Shown piece by piece: positions 29,032-41,480 of a DNA stretch of 64,000 nt (position 1 is the stretch's first letter; the number at the start of each line of letters is the position of its first letter). The DNA is from Octopus vulgaris (lineage: Eukaryota). Below the pieces are notes generated by a model. That model was not told the origin of the DNA and ran no database searches. It saw only the letters and a list, made by a program, of their open reading frames with translations. The stretch is from positions 154,008,001-154,072,000 of the forward strand of contig OX597817.1 of the NCBI GenBank assembly GCA_951406725.2, in the 5' to 3' direction. The translations under genes were made by a program, and so were the position numbers.

Positions 29032-29535
29032 GAGTTTACTTAATGTTGAAAATTTGGCTAATAGAAAGGTTTCTTCATTTTCATCTTGAGTTAGAGGATG
29101 CGTCAGTTATTTGTTTTAAACGTATGAGAACATTTGAATTTTCGATACAATGGTACTACATTTGAGTAGTCTTTTCGTTGTAGTCTTGTGGTGGCTAAAA
29201 TGCCTCAAAAGCCCTGAAGAAAAGACACCTAGTTTCCAAATAAACTGAATTAACAAAAGGAGCACATGTGGAGTACATCATAAAGCTGGTGAGGAATACA
29301 TCTACTGGGTTTCGAATGATAATTTGGTGATGTGAAAGAAATTGTGAGAAAGAACAACAGCAGCTTAAAAATTTTCTTGTCCTGTGTAGGACATGTAATG
29401 TACAGGAGATATTTCCCAGGCGTCCATGCGTCATAGGAAGGGGTGCTGAAAAGTTCCTGGCTTTCGAACTAAGAATAATCCAAACTTCATGTCCGAGCGG
29501 GACGTCATTTTTCTCCAAGATCTGCATATTTCTAA

Positions 29536-29928
29536 CTAGCAGCATCACCCAGCGTTGCTCGGGTTTGTTTCGACCATTTAGAATTGGAATTTTTGAAAAG
29601 TAAATATTTTGCATTATGTAGCTTGTTATTCTCTTTAAGTGAACATTTTTCTCGTTGAAATACACCGAAAAATGGCGACACTGCAGTCAAAAGATCGTTA
29701 AAAAATAGGGATATTCATAGGAAAAGAGCACCTTTTTGATGTAAATAATTTTTGGTCTTAACATGGTCCGATTTGAATTTTATCTTCTACGGAATGAAGA
29801 GCAAGCCTTCTTCTATCATACTCTCAATTTTGGTCAACTTGCGCCGCAGGGTCTCGGAAGAGATAGTGTTAGTTGAAGGCTACCAAACCTGCCATACACA
29901 GACAACTTCAGCTTTATATATAGAGAGA
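29536..29928 (-). mobile_element. Non-autonomous Helitron, second subfamily
   Basis: Minus strand A|TCTCTCTATATATAAAG ... ccgagcaacgctgggtgatgctgCTAG|T. Confidence 0.75.
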
Positions 29929-30649
29929 TAAATAGTTTAGGTTGGTGAATAAAATGAAGTGAATTCAGCAGTAGAGAAAAGGTTCAATGGTTTTATATAG
30001 CTTTACAACCTTCAATTCTTCAGATTTTACCTTTAGTTGTTAAAGCTATCGCACGACCAAAGTCATACAGAAGTATTCCTTCATGATGCCAACGTTTTGT
30101 CTTCCCTTCTGTTCTTGGCTTCTGGCGTGTGTACGTGTATGTATGTGATAGAGCATTGTGTGAGCGCGCGCGCGTGTGTGTGTGTGTGCGTGCGCGTTTG
30201 TGTATGTGTGGTTAGGCAAGTGGCCAGTTTCCACAAACGAAACGTGTAAAACTGATTAAATTGGACCCATCATGTAATTGATACGTAATTTATCGATCCT
30301 GGCAGAATTCGAACTCAGAACGTATGTTAGACGTAATTGAATGCTGTAATGTATTATATTTAATCTAATGCTCCAGAGTGTGCGCTTACGCTCCACCCTT
30401 TCCTAAGTAAATATGGATTACTGACCTTGGCACAAAATCAAACCAAATCTTTTACTGGTGAGAATATTGGGTGACGGTTATTTATTTCACATTTTATGTT
30501 TGTATATTTCTGATCTATCTACATACCTATATATATACAAACACATGTGTCTATGTATGTGTGTGTGTCCATATACATATGCATACATACACACACTCAC
30601 ACACATACATATATACATACATACATACATACATACATACATACATACA

Positions 30650-30685
<36 letters not shown>

Positions 30686-30772
30686 TATGTATGTATGTAT
30701 ATATATATAGAGAGAGAGAGAGTGAGAGAGAAAGACAGACAGACAGACAGACAGATATATATATATATATAT

Positions 30773-30825
<53 letters not shown>

Positions 30826-30826
<1 letters not shown>

Positions 30827-31030
30827 TTCTTTATTGCCCACAAGGGGCTAAACATAGAGGGGACAAACAAGGACAGACAAACGGATTAAGTCGATTACAT
30901 CGACCCCAGTGTAAAACTGGTACCTTATTTATCGACCCCGAAAGGATGAAAGGCAAAGTCGACCTCGGCGGAATTTGAACTCAGAATGTAACGACAGACG
31001 AAATACCACTAAGCATTTCGCCCGGCGCGC
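30826..31030 (-). mobile_element. SINE family B ending in (TATC)n
   Basis: Tail gggcaataaagaaat runs directly into (ctat)n. Confidence 0.85.
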
Positions 31031-32161
31031 TATACAATAAGTATATTTTATACTACTACTGATGGACAATAGCATCGTAAGTTATAAGTCCCCAACGGGT
31101 CAAACACTTGTTGGATGCATTTCTGACGGTGAGGGTGACGAAGAATTGTATCTAACTCGGCGCAGAACAACTATTACAAGAGACTTTGTTAGAAAGCTTC
31201 GGACTTTCTCTTTTGTCGCCAGCAACACATACATACACCCGTGTGCGCAGTTTGGGGGTTACTTTTTATCACTTTCGATGTGTGGTCAATAGATATCTAT
31301 CTGCCTACCTGTACGCACATATTATCACCGTTCTTTTTTCTGTCCACACCCTCTCTCTCTCTCTCTCTCTTCTTCTTCTTCTTCTTCTTCTTCTTCTTCT
31401 TCTTCTTCTTCTTCTTCTTCTTCTTCTTCTTTTCCCTTTCTTCCTTTCTCTCTCTTTGTCTGTCTGTCTCTCTCTCTCTCTTTCTCATACACACATACAC
31501 GTGTGGTGATAGGGATGTTGTTATCCCTGTCATTCTTTCTGTTGACAGAAGGGAGTCTTGTTTTTTTTCCATATGACCTGCGTGGGTAACCTGTCTGTCA
31601 GAACATCGAATTGCGTGGGTCTTCGGACTGAATTTTATTTCAGTATTGTTTATTGGTGCGATATGCTTATCTATTGTACTTGTGTAAAGTATAGAAGCTG
31701 GTCACTTTTCTTTACTTACACTGATATTTCCTAGTCTTGTCCCCTTTCATAGGTTGCTGCGATGTCCTGACATTTTTCTTTCAGACGTTTCTTGCAATAT
31801 ACTCTAGCTCTAGTTTTACAGCTTACTTGTGAGTCAGTTTTGCAAATTCTGCAATTATCGGTCTTTGTTCACCAATAATCATCCGGTCCTTTTGGCTGTA
31901 ATCCACACACATTCATAGATACAAACACCATAGGAATATGATAAGCAAATGTTCATACAAATACTTATAATAAAATATGCATTATATATCTGTGTAAAAT
32001 ATTTAACACTCAAGGGATATACTTGAAGCGTTTAGGGGCTTTTGACATTTTAAAATTGGAATCAATAAACGTTATGTTATTGGAAATTTTCTGAATTTTC
32101 AACCATTGGTGCTTGAATTAATAATTTGGGGCAACATAATATCTTAGTAAATACTTTAAAG

Positions 32162-32473
32162 CAGGGATTCACGGCCATTTTTCATCTATGGACTCTCTCT
32201 GACTGCTATTTTTTTCTGGTGGCCCCTCATTTGCATTCGATGTTTAACAACTAGTTTTATAGAAACTTCTTTCAAAATTCCTATTTTGTCTGTGAGATGT
32301 TAGAAAAAGAAAACTAGCAGTCTCTTGCAATACATACATCTAAAGCAACAATTTTTTCAGGGGCCATTAAAATACTATTGTCGATGCCCAGTTTATTATT
32401 TTGTTGCATGGACCCCCAAAAATTTTATATGGATCCTTGGTGGGGTCATATGGATCCCGGTTGAGAATCACTG
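32162..32473. mobile_element. hAT (Charlie-type) MITE
   Basis: TIRs CAGGGATTCAC / GAGAATCACTG with a perfect 8-bp TSD CTTTAAAG (32154-32161 and 32474-32481). Confidence 0.85.
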
Positions 32474-32664
32474 CTTTAAAGCTTGCCTGTAATTAACTAA
32501 CATCATTAATCCTTTCTTTATGCCTCTTTTCATCCGTCTCATTAAATTCGTCCAGTGTCATCTTCATTTTGCAACAGCACCCCGATACTACACCCTGGGT
32601 ATCAACAGTAACGATAACGATGATAGGTAAGAGTCAGTATTAATTATTGTATTTCTGTTTCTAG

Positions 32665-32870
32665 GTTCAGCTACCAGAGCACCAAATCCGACAACTATGC
32701 ATGGCTTCAAGGGCTATTTTCTTGGAGCAACCTATGTTACTAGAACTTGGTGCGCCAGTCAATGTTATTGGAGATATTCACGGACAGTATGAAGACCTTC
32801 TACGGCATTTCGATAACTGTGGCTACCCTCCGAAAGCAAACTATATCTTCCTCGGGGATTACGTCGATCG
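32665..32870 (+). CDS. PP1-like exon 2 ([12 protein letters not shown]...[12 protein letters not shown]...FLGDYVDR)
   Basis: Acceptor tttctgtttctag; PPP motifs GDIHG and GDYVDR; donor CG|GTTAGT, phase 2. Confidence 0.97.
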
Positions 32871-32924
32871 GTTAGTAGTTAATATCTTCTATAAATTTTG
32901 TTAATTTTGATTTTGAATATATAC

Positions 32925-33335
32925 TCTTCTACTCTTTTACTCTTTTACTTGTTTCAGTCATTTGACTGTGGCCATGCTGGAGCACCGCCTTTAGTCGAGC
33001 AACTCGACCCCGGGACTTATTCTTTTGCAAGCCCAGTACTTATTCTATCGGTCTCTTTTGCCGAACCGCTAAGTAACGGGGACATAAACACACCAGCATC
33101 GGTTGTCAAGCAATGCTAGGGGGACAAACACACACACACAAACACACACACATACATATATATACATATATACGACAGGCTTCTTTCAGTTTCCGTCTAC
33201 CAAATCCACTCACAAGGCATTGGTCGGCCCGGGGCTATAGCAGAAGACACTTGCCCAAGATGCCACGCAGTGGGACTGAACCCAGAGCCATGTGGTTGGT
33301 TAGCAAGCTACTTACCACACAGCCACTCCTGCGCC
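32925..33335 (-). mobile_element. SINE family C
   Basis: Full-length copy just downstream of exon 2. Confidence 0.9.
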
Positions 33336-34119
33336 TATATAGACACCAAACTTTCATTTCTCCATGTGTAAACTTGAATATTGCTGAGAAATATGCAGGA
33401 ATTACATGTTTTATCAAAGGCACGTCATTTAAGAAATATGATATCCGAGAAGTATGATAAATGCACCAAAATAGAGAGTATTCGTATGTGAAGTTATTCG
33501 TGTTGAAAATTTAATCACCTCAAGAAAAACGATACTGTGATTTTGACGCAAAATCACAGTATCGTTAATCTTTATCGATCACATGCGATCGATAAAGCCA
33601 TGGGAACGTGCATTTGACAACTCAGCACCGTCCATTGAACGGAGGTGGGGGAGGCTTGTAAATTATATAGATGAACTAAGTTGTCGACAAAGTAAACAGT
33701 TGCATCTGAAGAAACTAGTACTGTTCTGTATCGGTATTAAGTAAACTTAAACAGAACAATAGCAAAATTCATTGTTTTGTTGTGAGAAAGACAATAACAC
33801 TCTACGTTTCAGTAATTATCCTTCGCAGTCTTGTCCCTTGATATGAATAAATTGTGTGGTCTAAACTTTCACAGACCTTTTGGATTTACTCACCTTGTGT
33901 TTGCATTTGCTTCATATTTACACGGATGGAATTGAGCATAGTCTGTAAACCCGTAAGCACCAGAAGTTAAGGCACTAGTAAATCTATGCAAACATTCCGT
34001 ATCCCCGTAAGAGTTAAGTTGATTGAAGCATTGATAAGTTAAATAAGCAATGGAATCAAATCATTGGATGGAAGCACTCCGTCGGTTACGACGACGAGGG
34101 TTCCGGTTGATCCGATCAG

Positions 34120-34542
34120 GGATCTTTTCGGTTTGAACGGCAGTTTTTAAAAATAATTTCCACGTAACTAAACACTTTTAAACTTCGTATACTGGTAGAA
34201 TGTGTTTATAAAACATCTTTTTCTCTTGGCTTTATTGAGAAAATTCTATAGCTTGTAAGATATTTGTTGTTGTGTTTTTCTTCAATTTATGCAATTTCAA
34301 CCAATCAATGACGTCTATTGAGGTGAAAACATTCTGTGACGTATCAATATGTCCCTCGTTTAAGAAACAGATTGGGTTTATTTACATTTCTGCAGAAGAA
34401 AAAAGATACCCTTCCCCCCACCCCTAACCCTAACCCTAAAACAGATTGAAATGCAATAGATCGATACTAGGGTCATAATTATGGGTGACAATTTCATAAG
34501 ACACCGCTAGAAAAAAAACTGCCGTTCAAACCGAAAAGATCC
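34120..34542. mobile_element. MITE with 29-bp TIRs and an internal (CCCTAA)3 tract
   Basis: GGATCTTTTCGGTTTGAACGGCAGTTTTT and its exact reverse complement; truncates a SINE A 3' end (34069-34117). Superfamily unassigned. Confidence 0.8.
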
Positions 34543-34731
34543 GAGCTCAGTTCCAGCGACTACTTGGCTCACAGTTCCAGACCTTTCAATTCGTTGTCTT
34601 ATAATAATCCAACATCGTCATGTTGTTCATTTTAAGTTCCATTGCTATTGACATTTGGTATGAATGCATTTCGTTGCTAAAACTTTCCCTGTATTTCTTG
34701 TTATCTATAGATCTTATTTATTCTCTTTCAG

Positions 34732-34839
34732 AGGGTGTCACTCACTAGAGACCATTTGTCTCGTACTAGCCTACAAAGTGAAATACCCACAGAATTTCTT
34801 TCTTCTACGAGGGAATCATGAATGTGCTTCAATCAACAG
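34732..34839 (+). CDS. PP1-like exon 3 ([36 protein letters not shown])
   Basis: Acceptor ttctctttcag; RGNHE motif; donor AG|GTATAG; phase 2 to 2. Confidence 0.97.
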
Positions 34840-35456
34840 GTATAGTTTTATATGTCATTATTTTAACTATAATTGGCGGAATTTGAACTCAGATCGTGAA
34901 GATGGATGAAATACCGCTAAACATTTTTCGCGGATTGCTAACGAGTCGGCCAGTTTCCCGGCTCGTTAGCAATCCGCGAAAAATGTTTAGCGGTATTTCA
35001 TCTATCTTCACGATCTGAGTTCAAATTCCGCCAAAGTCATCTTTACCTTTTATCACATTGAGGTCGATAAAATAAGGTCCAGTTGAACACTGAGGTCGTT
35101 GTAATCAACTTATTCCCTCCCTTGAAGTTACTGGCCTTGTGCCAAAATTTGAAATCATTATTTTAATTATGATTAAAGGAACAGACTGCCAGAATCGTTA
35201 GCACGTTGGACAAAATACTTGGCGGTATTTCCTCCGTTTTGAGTTCAAATTCCATTTTAGTCAACTTTACCTTCCACCATTTTGAGGTTGATAAAATAAG
35301 TAACAGTCAAGTACTGAGATCGATGTAATCGACTATATACCTCCCTTAAATCTACTAATCAAATTTAGAAACTATGTAAGCTATGATCGTTAAAAAGAAA
35401 AATAAGTTTCAAGTTTGGAATTTCAATTTCAACAAATTCAGTGTAAATGATGATAA

Positions 35457-35825
35457 TCTTTATATATAAAAGTGAAGTTGTGTGTTTGTCTCCTACGATT
35501 TAGATTCCTAACTACTCCCACATTTTGCGGTGCAGTGTAACCAAAAGCGGGTATCTGGGTATTAGTGCGCGTCTACGATGAGTCTACGGTTTAAAAAAAA
35601 AATTACCATCATTTTTTCCCATTTTAAATGCATTTCTTTGCTATTATATAAGGGAAGTAAACTCTCTAAAAATGTATTATTAAATCTCAGAACGTAAAAA
35701 GCTACAGTAACACCCCCCCCCTTGTGGTTAGCCATATTGAGCTGGCTATTATACTTTACATCTTTAAAAATGCTTATATAGTTATTTCCCTTACAAACCC
35801 GAGCAACGCCGGGCGATACAGCTAG
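35457..35825 (+). mobile_element. Non-autonomous Helitron (same family as 25248)
   Basis: A|TC...hairpin...CTAG|T. Confidence 0.85.
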
Positions 35826-36134
35826 TAATTCATAAACACACTTATTCGGTGTTCTGTATCACTTAACACTTGAGTTACCCAGTTGATGAGAGATAGTTGG
35901 CTTTGCGTTTACGCCTTCCTTACCATATGATTGATTTTCCATTATAATGCCATTAATATCAAAGTATCAACATAATATTTGACTGTTAGATATTTTATAG
36001 AGTCCAGGAAGGATCAAAGGCAAAGTATACGAGGCGAGATTTAAACGTGAAGGTCCGAAACTAAATAGTTCAGGCATATCCGACGATTTGCGATTTTGCC
36101 AGCCAGCCATCATTATTGCTTAATTGTGTGTGTA

Positions 36135-36204
<70 letters not shown>

Positions 36205-36250
36205 TGGTTGTGTGTATTAGTTTTCCACATTTAATGTAATAAAGATACGT

Positions 36251-36545
36251 GGAGCCGCAATGGCCCAGTGGTTAGGGCAGCGGACCCGCGGTCGTAGGAT
36301 CGCGGTTTCGATTCTTAGACCGGGCGTTGTGAGTGTTTATTGAGCGAAAACACCTAAAAGCTCCACGAGGCTCCGGCAGGGAGTGGTGATCCCTGTTGTA
36401 CTCTTTCACCACACTTTCTCTCACTCTTTCTTCTGTTGGCCTGCTCGCTTAGCCAGCGGGGTGGCGTCATTCGAAGGCTAAAACAATGCGAGCGCATTGT
36501 GACCAGCGATGTGTAACAACATCTGATGGTCTGGTCGGTCACGTA
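36251..36545 (+). mobile_element. SINE with family A head and an alternative 3' tail; second copy 62911-63217 (-)
   Basis: Same first ~175 nt as family A, then ctgctcgcttagccagcgg...ggtcggtcacgt(gatcacgtga). Confidence 0.85.
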
Positions 36546-36920
36546 AATAAATAAATAAAAAATAATAAAGATACAGTAGAATTGGCTATATATATCTATC
36601 GAAACCTTCTTCAACCGGAAGCATCATGCATTTCCATTCTCGTGTATCATCGCTACTCTTTGAATTTAGAAAACCCATTCTCTTGAGAATATAGTCTTTA
36701 TGATTTTCAAAGACCTACAGAAACCAATAGGGACGTATTCAAGCATTTTAAATCGAAACTTCCAATAGAAATATATTATTATATCTCGTTTCTAAATTTA
36801 TTACGGTGATGTTATTGCAAGAATACTTGAATCACAAATATTCGTATGGATCAGTCAACCCCTGTCTACAATATTTTAATCCTCCCCCCTCTCTCTCCCT
36901 CTCACTATCTCCCCCTCTCT

Positions 36921-37001
<81 letters not shown>

Positions 37002-37138
37002 GTCGATCTATATATATATAGATAGGTTGAAACGATCGTATAAATGTGTGTGTACATACACAGGCATTTATATTCATACGTAGACACAAATATAACAAAT
37101 GATACACACGGAAATGGAATATACAGAAACTTTATTGC

Positions 37139-37242
37139 TCACAACGATCGTTTCGACCCATCATGCATCGATTCCTCGCGGGTGGGATACTGTACAACTG
37201 GTTGTGGTGCATCCCTCGGTGCAGAAGTGTCTCGTCAGGTGA
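37139..37242 (-). ncRNA. Hammerhead ribozyme motif with a 77-nt helix II, in a ~500-bp fold-back element (37112-37616)
   Basis: ucac-CUGACGA-gac[71 nt]guc-GAAAC-gauc-GUU-guga-gc-AATAAA; the + arm copy (37487-37590) is decayed (UUGACAA). Confidence 0.72.
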
Positions 37243-37900
37243 ATTTTCAAGGGATATCTCGTTAAATAGACCCTGTTCCGCTCGGTTTAAAAAACAGCAT
37301 GTTGTTAGTGACAGTAGGTTTTAGCCCTTGGACAGGAATGGCGAGGGCCAGATTCCGTTGCTTTCCTTCGCCATTCTTGTCCAAGGGCAAAAACCTACTG
37401 TCACTAAAAACATGGTGTTTTTACTAACAACATGCTGTTTTAAAACCGAGCGAAACAGGATTTATTTAACCAGACTTCTCTTGTAAAATCACTTGACAAG
37501 ACACTTCTACACCGAGGGATGTACTACCAGCTGTACAGTATCCCACCCGCGTGGGATCGATGCAAGATGGATCGAAACAATCGTTGTGAGCAATAAAGTT
37601 TCTGTATATTCCATTTTCCATCTCTATTATTGGTTATATACTCGACGAACACTAAAGAATTCCTGAGGTAGATCCAGCGACAATTCTAAAATTAAAACCG
37701 TCGATGACGCCAAGTAGCCATAGGTAATGAAAGTGCTTCACCGGCTAACTCATAGGTAATGAAAGTGCTTCACCGGCTAACTACTTCGTACATACCCAAC
37801 GTTTAATTAATTACTTACACACAGATATTTATGTATATGGATATATATGTACACATACGCGCATATATTTATACAAATAATTTTTTTCATTCATTTATAG

Positions 37901-37989
37901 AATTTATGGTTTTTACGACGAATGCAAGCGGAGATATAATATAAAATTATGGAAAACTTTTACAGAATGTTTTAACTGTTTGCCAATAG
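37901..37989 (+). CDS. PP1-like exon 4 ([29 protein letters not shown])
   Basis: Acceptor tttatag; near-identical to PP1; donor G|GTAAGA; phase 2 to 1. Not in the ORF track. Confidence 0.97.
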
Positions 37990-38709
37990 GTAAGATTTTA
38001 CTAGCATTTTTGTATATATAACTTTGTATTTACTTCATTCAAGACCATTCTTTGCTCAATGTCTACGTAATATTAAGGTTCCCAAAGGCGGCGAGCTTGT
38101 AGAATCACTGACACGCGGGAAAAAATAGTTAGAGGCATTTCGTCCGTCTTTCCGTTCTGAGTTCAAATTCCACCGAGGTTGACTTTGCTTTTCACCCTTT
38201 CGAGTCGAGTCGAGAAAATAAGTACCAAATTAACACAGAGATCGAGGTAATAGACTTACCCTCTCCCCCGAAAAATGTCCGGCCTTTTTTAAACCAATAT
38301 TAAGGTTGCGAAACCTTTCCTTGGACATTTCATGTTTATTTTGACCATTTTCAGTTGAGTGCAAGGCCAGGGTATCGACCTAGCTGTCAAATATTCGGTT
38401 GTTGCTGTCCGGGTTAGTAACTTGAGCCCTAGTATTCAAACTTCACCGTAAACAATTCATTGAATATGGCTAAAATTCGCGACAGTATTGAAGAGATGAT
38501 AAAGACTAATTGGTTAACTTGTACTGTTGAAAGCAAACACACGAAATGGCAGTTTGTTTTGAAACATAGTATTCATATTTATCAACTTCGGGCCACGTTT
38601 TCAAAAAAGGCTTTCAGTTACAAAATGGTGGCTCGGCCAATCAGAGCGACTGGTAAGCTGAAATCTTCCCACTAAACGTTTTACAGCGTGTTCTGGAACA
38701 TTTTGCCGA

Positions 38710-39125
38710 CGGTGGCAAGCTGGCAGAATCGTTGGCACGCCGGGCGAAATGCTTAGCGGTATTTCGTCTGCCGCTACATTCTGAGTTCAAATTCCGCCGA
38801 GGTCAACTTTGCCTTTCATCCTTTCGGGGTCGATTAAATAAGTACCAGCTACACACTGGGGTCGATATAATCGACTTAATCCATTTGTCTGTCCTTGTTT
38901 GTCCCCTCTGTGTTTAGCCCCTTGTGGTTAGTAAAGAAATAGGTATTTCGTCTGCCGTTACGTTTTGAGTTCAAATTCCGCCGAGGTCAACTTTGCCTTT
39001 CATCCTTTCGGGGTCGATTAAATAAGTACCAGTTACGCACTGGGGTCGATGTAATCGACTTAATCCGTTTGTCTGTCCTTGTTTGTCCTCTCTCTGCTTA
39101 GCCCCCTTGTGGGAAGTAAAGAAAT
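38710..39125 (+). mobile_element. SINE family B dimer
   Basis: Same internal junction aagaaataggtatttcgtctgccgttacg as at about 10890. Confidence 0.85.
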
Positions 39126-39778
39126 AGATATATAAATGGGCGGGCAAATCCAATTAGAATGAGAGCTATCAGATTCTACAGAAGCTTATATTGGTTTTCT
39201 CTATCTCGTGGCATCTCCATTATGTTATCTTGAAAAATTGATAACGATTGAAGACCCCATACAGACTTATGTGGTCAAATTTCACGAACGAACGTTCTTG
39301 TTTCCTTAACTTAATCTGTTCTCGGTAATTTTGAATCTGCGTGGTATCATATATTATTACACACATGTGAGTGAGAACACTTTGAGATTTTTGGTATCTA
39401 ACATATGTCAGATACTGCGAGCGCTGCTTCTGATTGGTCAATCCATGGTGATGACCCGAGGTCACGGTGACGGCACTACTTTTGTCATTCATAATTTACA
39501 ACTAAACTGTCAATCTGTGTTATGTATTTCTTGAACGTGAACTTGAATGTTAACAAAATGTTAAACAGTCATCAGTTATCAGTCATTTCACCAGAAAGCT
39601 TAGCGCTATAAAGTTGGACTATCTTCCTGCGGCATGACATATTTTACAGTTACACATTGTGACGTCACTGACGTGAAATCAAGCTGTATTCATGCGCGCT
39701 TCAACACGATGTGAAGAATTTAGTTTTATTGGGTTAATAAAATATGGTCGTTTATTCGTGTGTAATAAATAAAATACC

Positions 39779-39910
39779 AAACTCATTCCCTATGGATACC
39801 GTATTTATTACAACTCGTGGCTTGTAAACGTATCTAACTCGCTTTCGCTTGTTAGATACGTTTACAAGCCACTCGTTGTAATAAATACGGTATCCATAGG
39901 GAACTCGTTT
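39779..39910. mobile_element. Imperfect palindrome resembling the ends of non-autonomous Crypton-like elements
   Basis: ~60-bp arms around ctcgctttcgct with symmetric TC/TC mismatches. Confidence 0.45.
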
Positions 39911-40441
39911 GCTATTCTCTATTTACCATGTTGCAGTGACAAAAGGGTTTTTATTTGCTAATTCTCAAATGCTGTTATTTTTTCACTTGCTATAAAAATG
40001 TATATATTATGTCCCGTGTTAAATAAAACAGAATGAAAAATTGTACTCAATTTAGTATAGTTTAATAAAACGTTGTTTATCGTCGATTATTCATTACTCA
40101 TTCCAACCACACTGAACCCTCTTTCCCAGGGTAAAAAAGGGCATTTCCAGATCAACGTTTCCTTGTTGTACAACCTGTCATTTTATGGATTATGGTGTTT
40201 AATCACCGACGCCAAACTTTATGCTCAACTAACAGTGCATTCCTAGCCAAAGCACACTATTTCTAAGGCTGAAAGGATTTTCACTGAAGTTAAATAGGTG
40301 TTTTTAAATATTATACTTATATGGATTAGTTATAAAATACTTAGATAATTTATTCACACACACACACACATAAATATATGCGGATATATATGTGTGTGTG
40401 TATACACACACACATATATATGCATACATACAAACATACAA

Positions 40442-40478
<37 letters not shown>

Positions 40479-40663
40479 CGTATATTTGCCATTTGAATAT
40501 GGCTAACCCCTAAGGGTGGATGCTACTGTAGTTTGTAGCCCCAGGAAGACACCTCCTCCAGCTGGCTATAAACACACTTTCTTAGGGGTTAGCCATATTC
40601 AAATGTCAAATATACGTCACGATGTGTTGCCGCTACTGTTTATAACTCGCTCTGAGATTTATC

Positions 40664-40760
<97 letters not shown>

Positions 40761-40863
40761 AGGATTAGCTCGTATACGAGTAGGTATATATTTGTAAAAA
40801 ATGAAGTTCGAAAATGCTGCTGTATTATACAATTTTTAATTTTTATATATACATTATAACATG

Positions 40864-40927
<64 letters not shown>

Positions 40928-40949
40928 ATATATATATATATATGTATAC

Positions 40950-41480
40950 ATAATTAATCAATATAGGGTGGCAAAGAATTTCGCAGAATTTTTTTGCCAC
41001 CAGCGGCCTAGTGGGAAAAAAGTAAATAGTCATAGACCATTTATAAATTCAACACCAAAATTAAGGAACGGCCATAATAGGCCATTCAACCCACTAGAAA
41101 TAACAGCCAAGGCTTCAACCGCAAAACAATATTAATTCCGTAAACCAGGAGAAAATTTAAAAAACATTTACCCTGTAATACTTTATACGATGCATCGTTT
41201 CGTCTATTTTTTAATGGTAAATCAACCTGATTAAATTAAATCAAGCTAATCTTCCATAGGCCAGTAGATCTACTGGCCTATGGAAGATTAGCTTGATTTA
41301 ATTTAATCAGGTTGATTTACCATTAAAAAATAGACGAAACGATGCATCGTATAAAGTATTACAGGGTAAATGTTTTTAAATTTTCTCCTGGTTTACGGAA
41401 TTAATATTGTTTTGCGGTTGAAGCCTTGGCTGTTATTTCTAGTGGGTTGAATGGCCTATTATGGCCGTTCCTTAATTTTG
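40950..41480. mobile_element. PLE-like fold-back element (same family as 52808-53335), spacerless palindrome 41056-41480
   Basis: Centre AGATCT at 41266-41271; each arm has GAAAC-gatgcatc-GTA but lacks the CUGAUGA half; flanked by (TA)n. Confidence 0.75.

Noticed and set aside
34418-34440. (CCCTAA)n telomere-like repeat (also at about 28725)
   Set aside because: Only 2-3 units, internal to a MITE; not an interstitial telomere array.
37719-37782. Tandem duplication of cataggtaatgaaagtgcttcaccggctaact
   Set aside because: Two adjacent copies with no spacer: a local duplication, not a CRISPR array, and no clear ribozyme fold.
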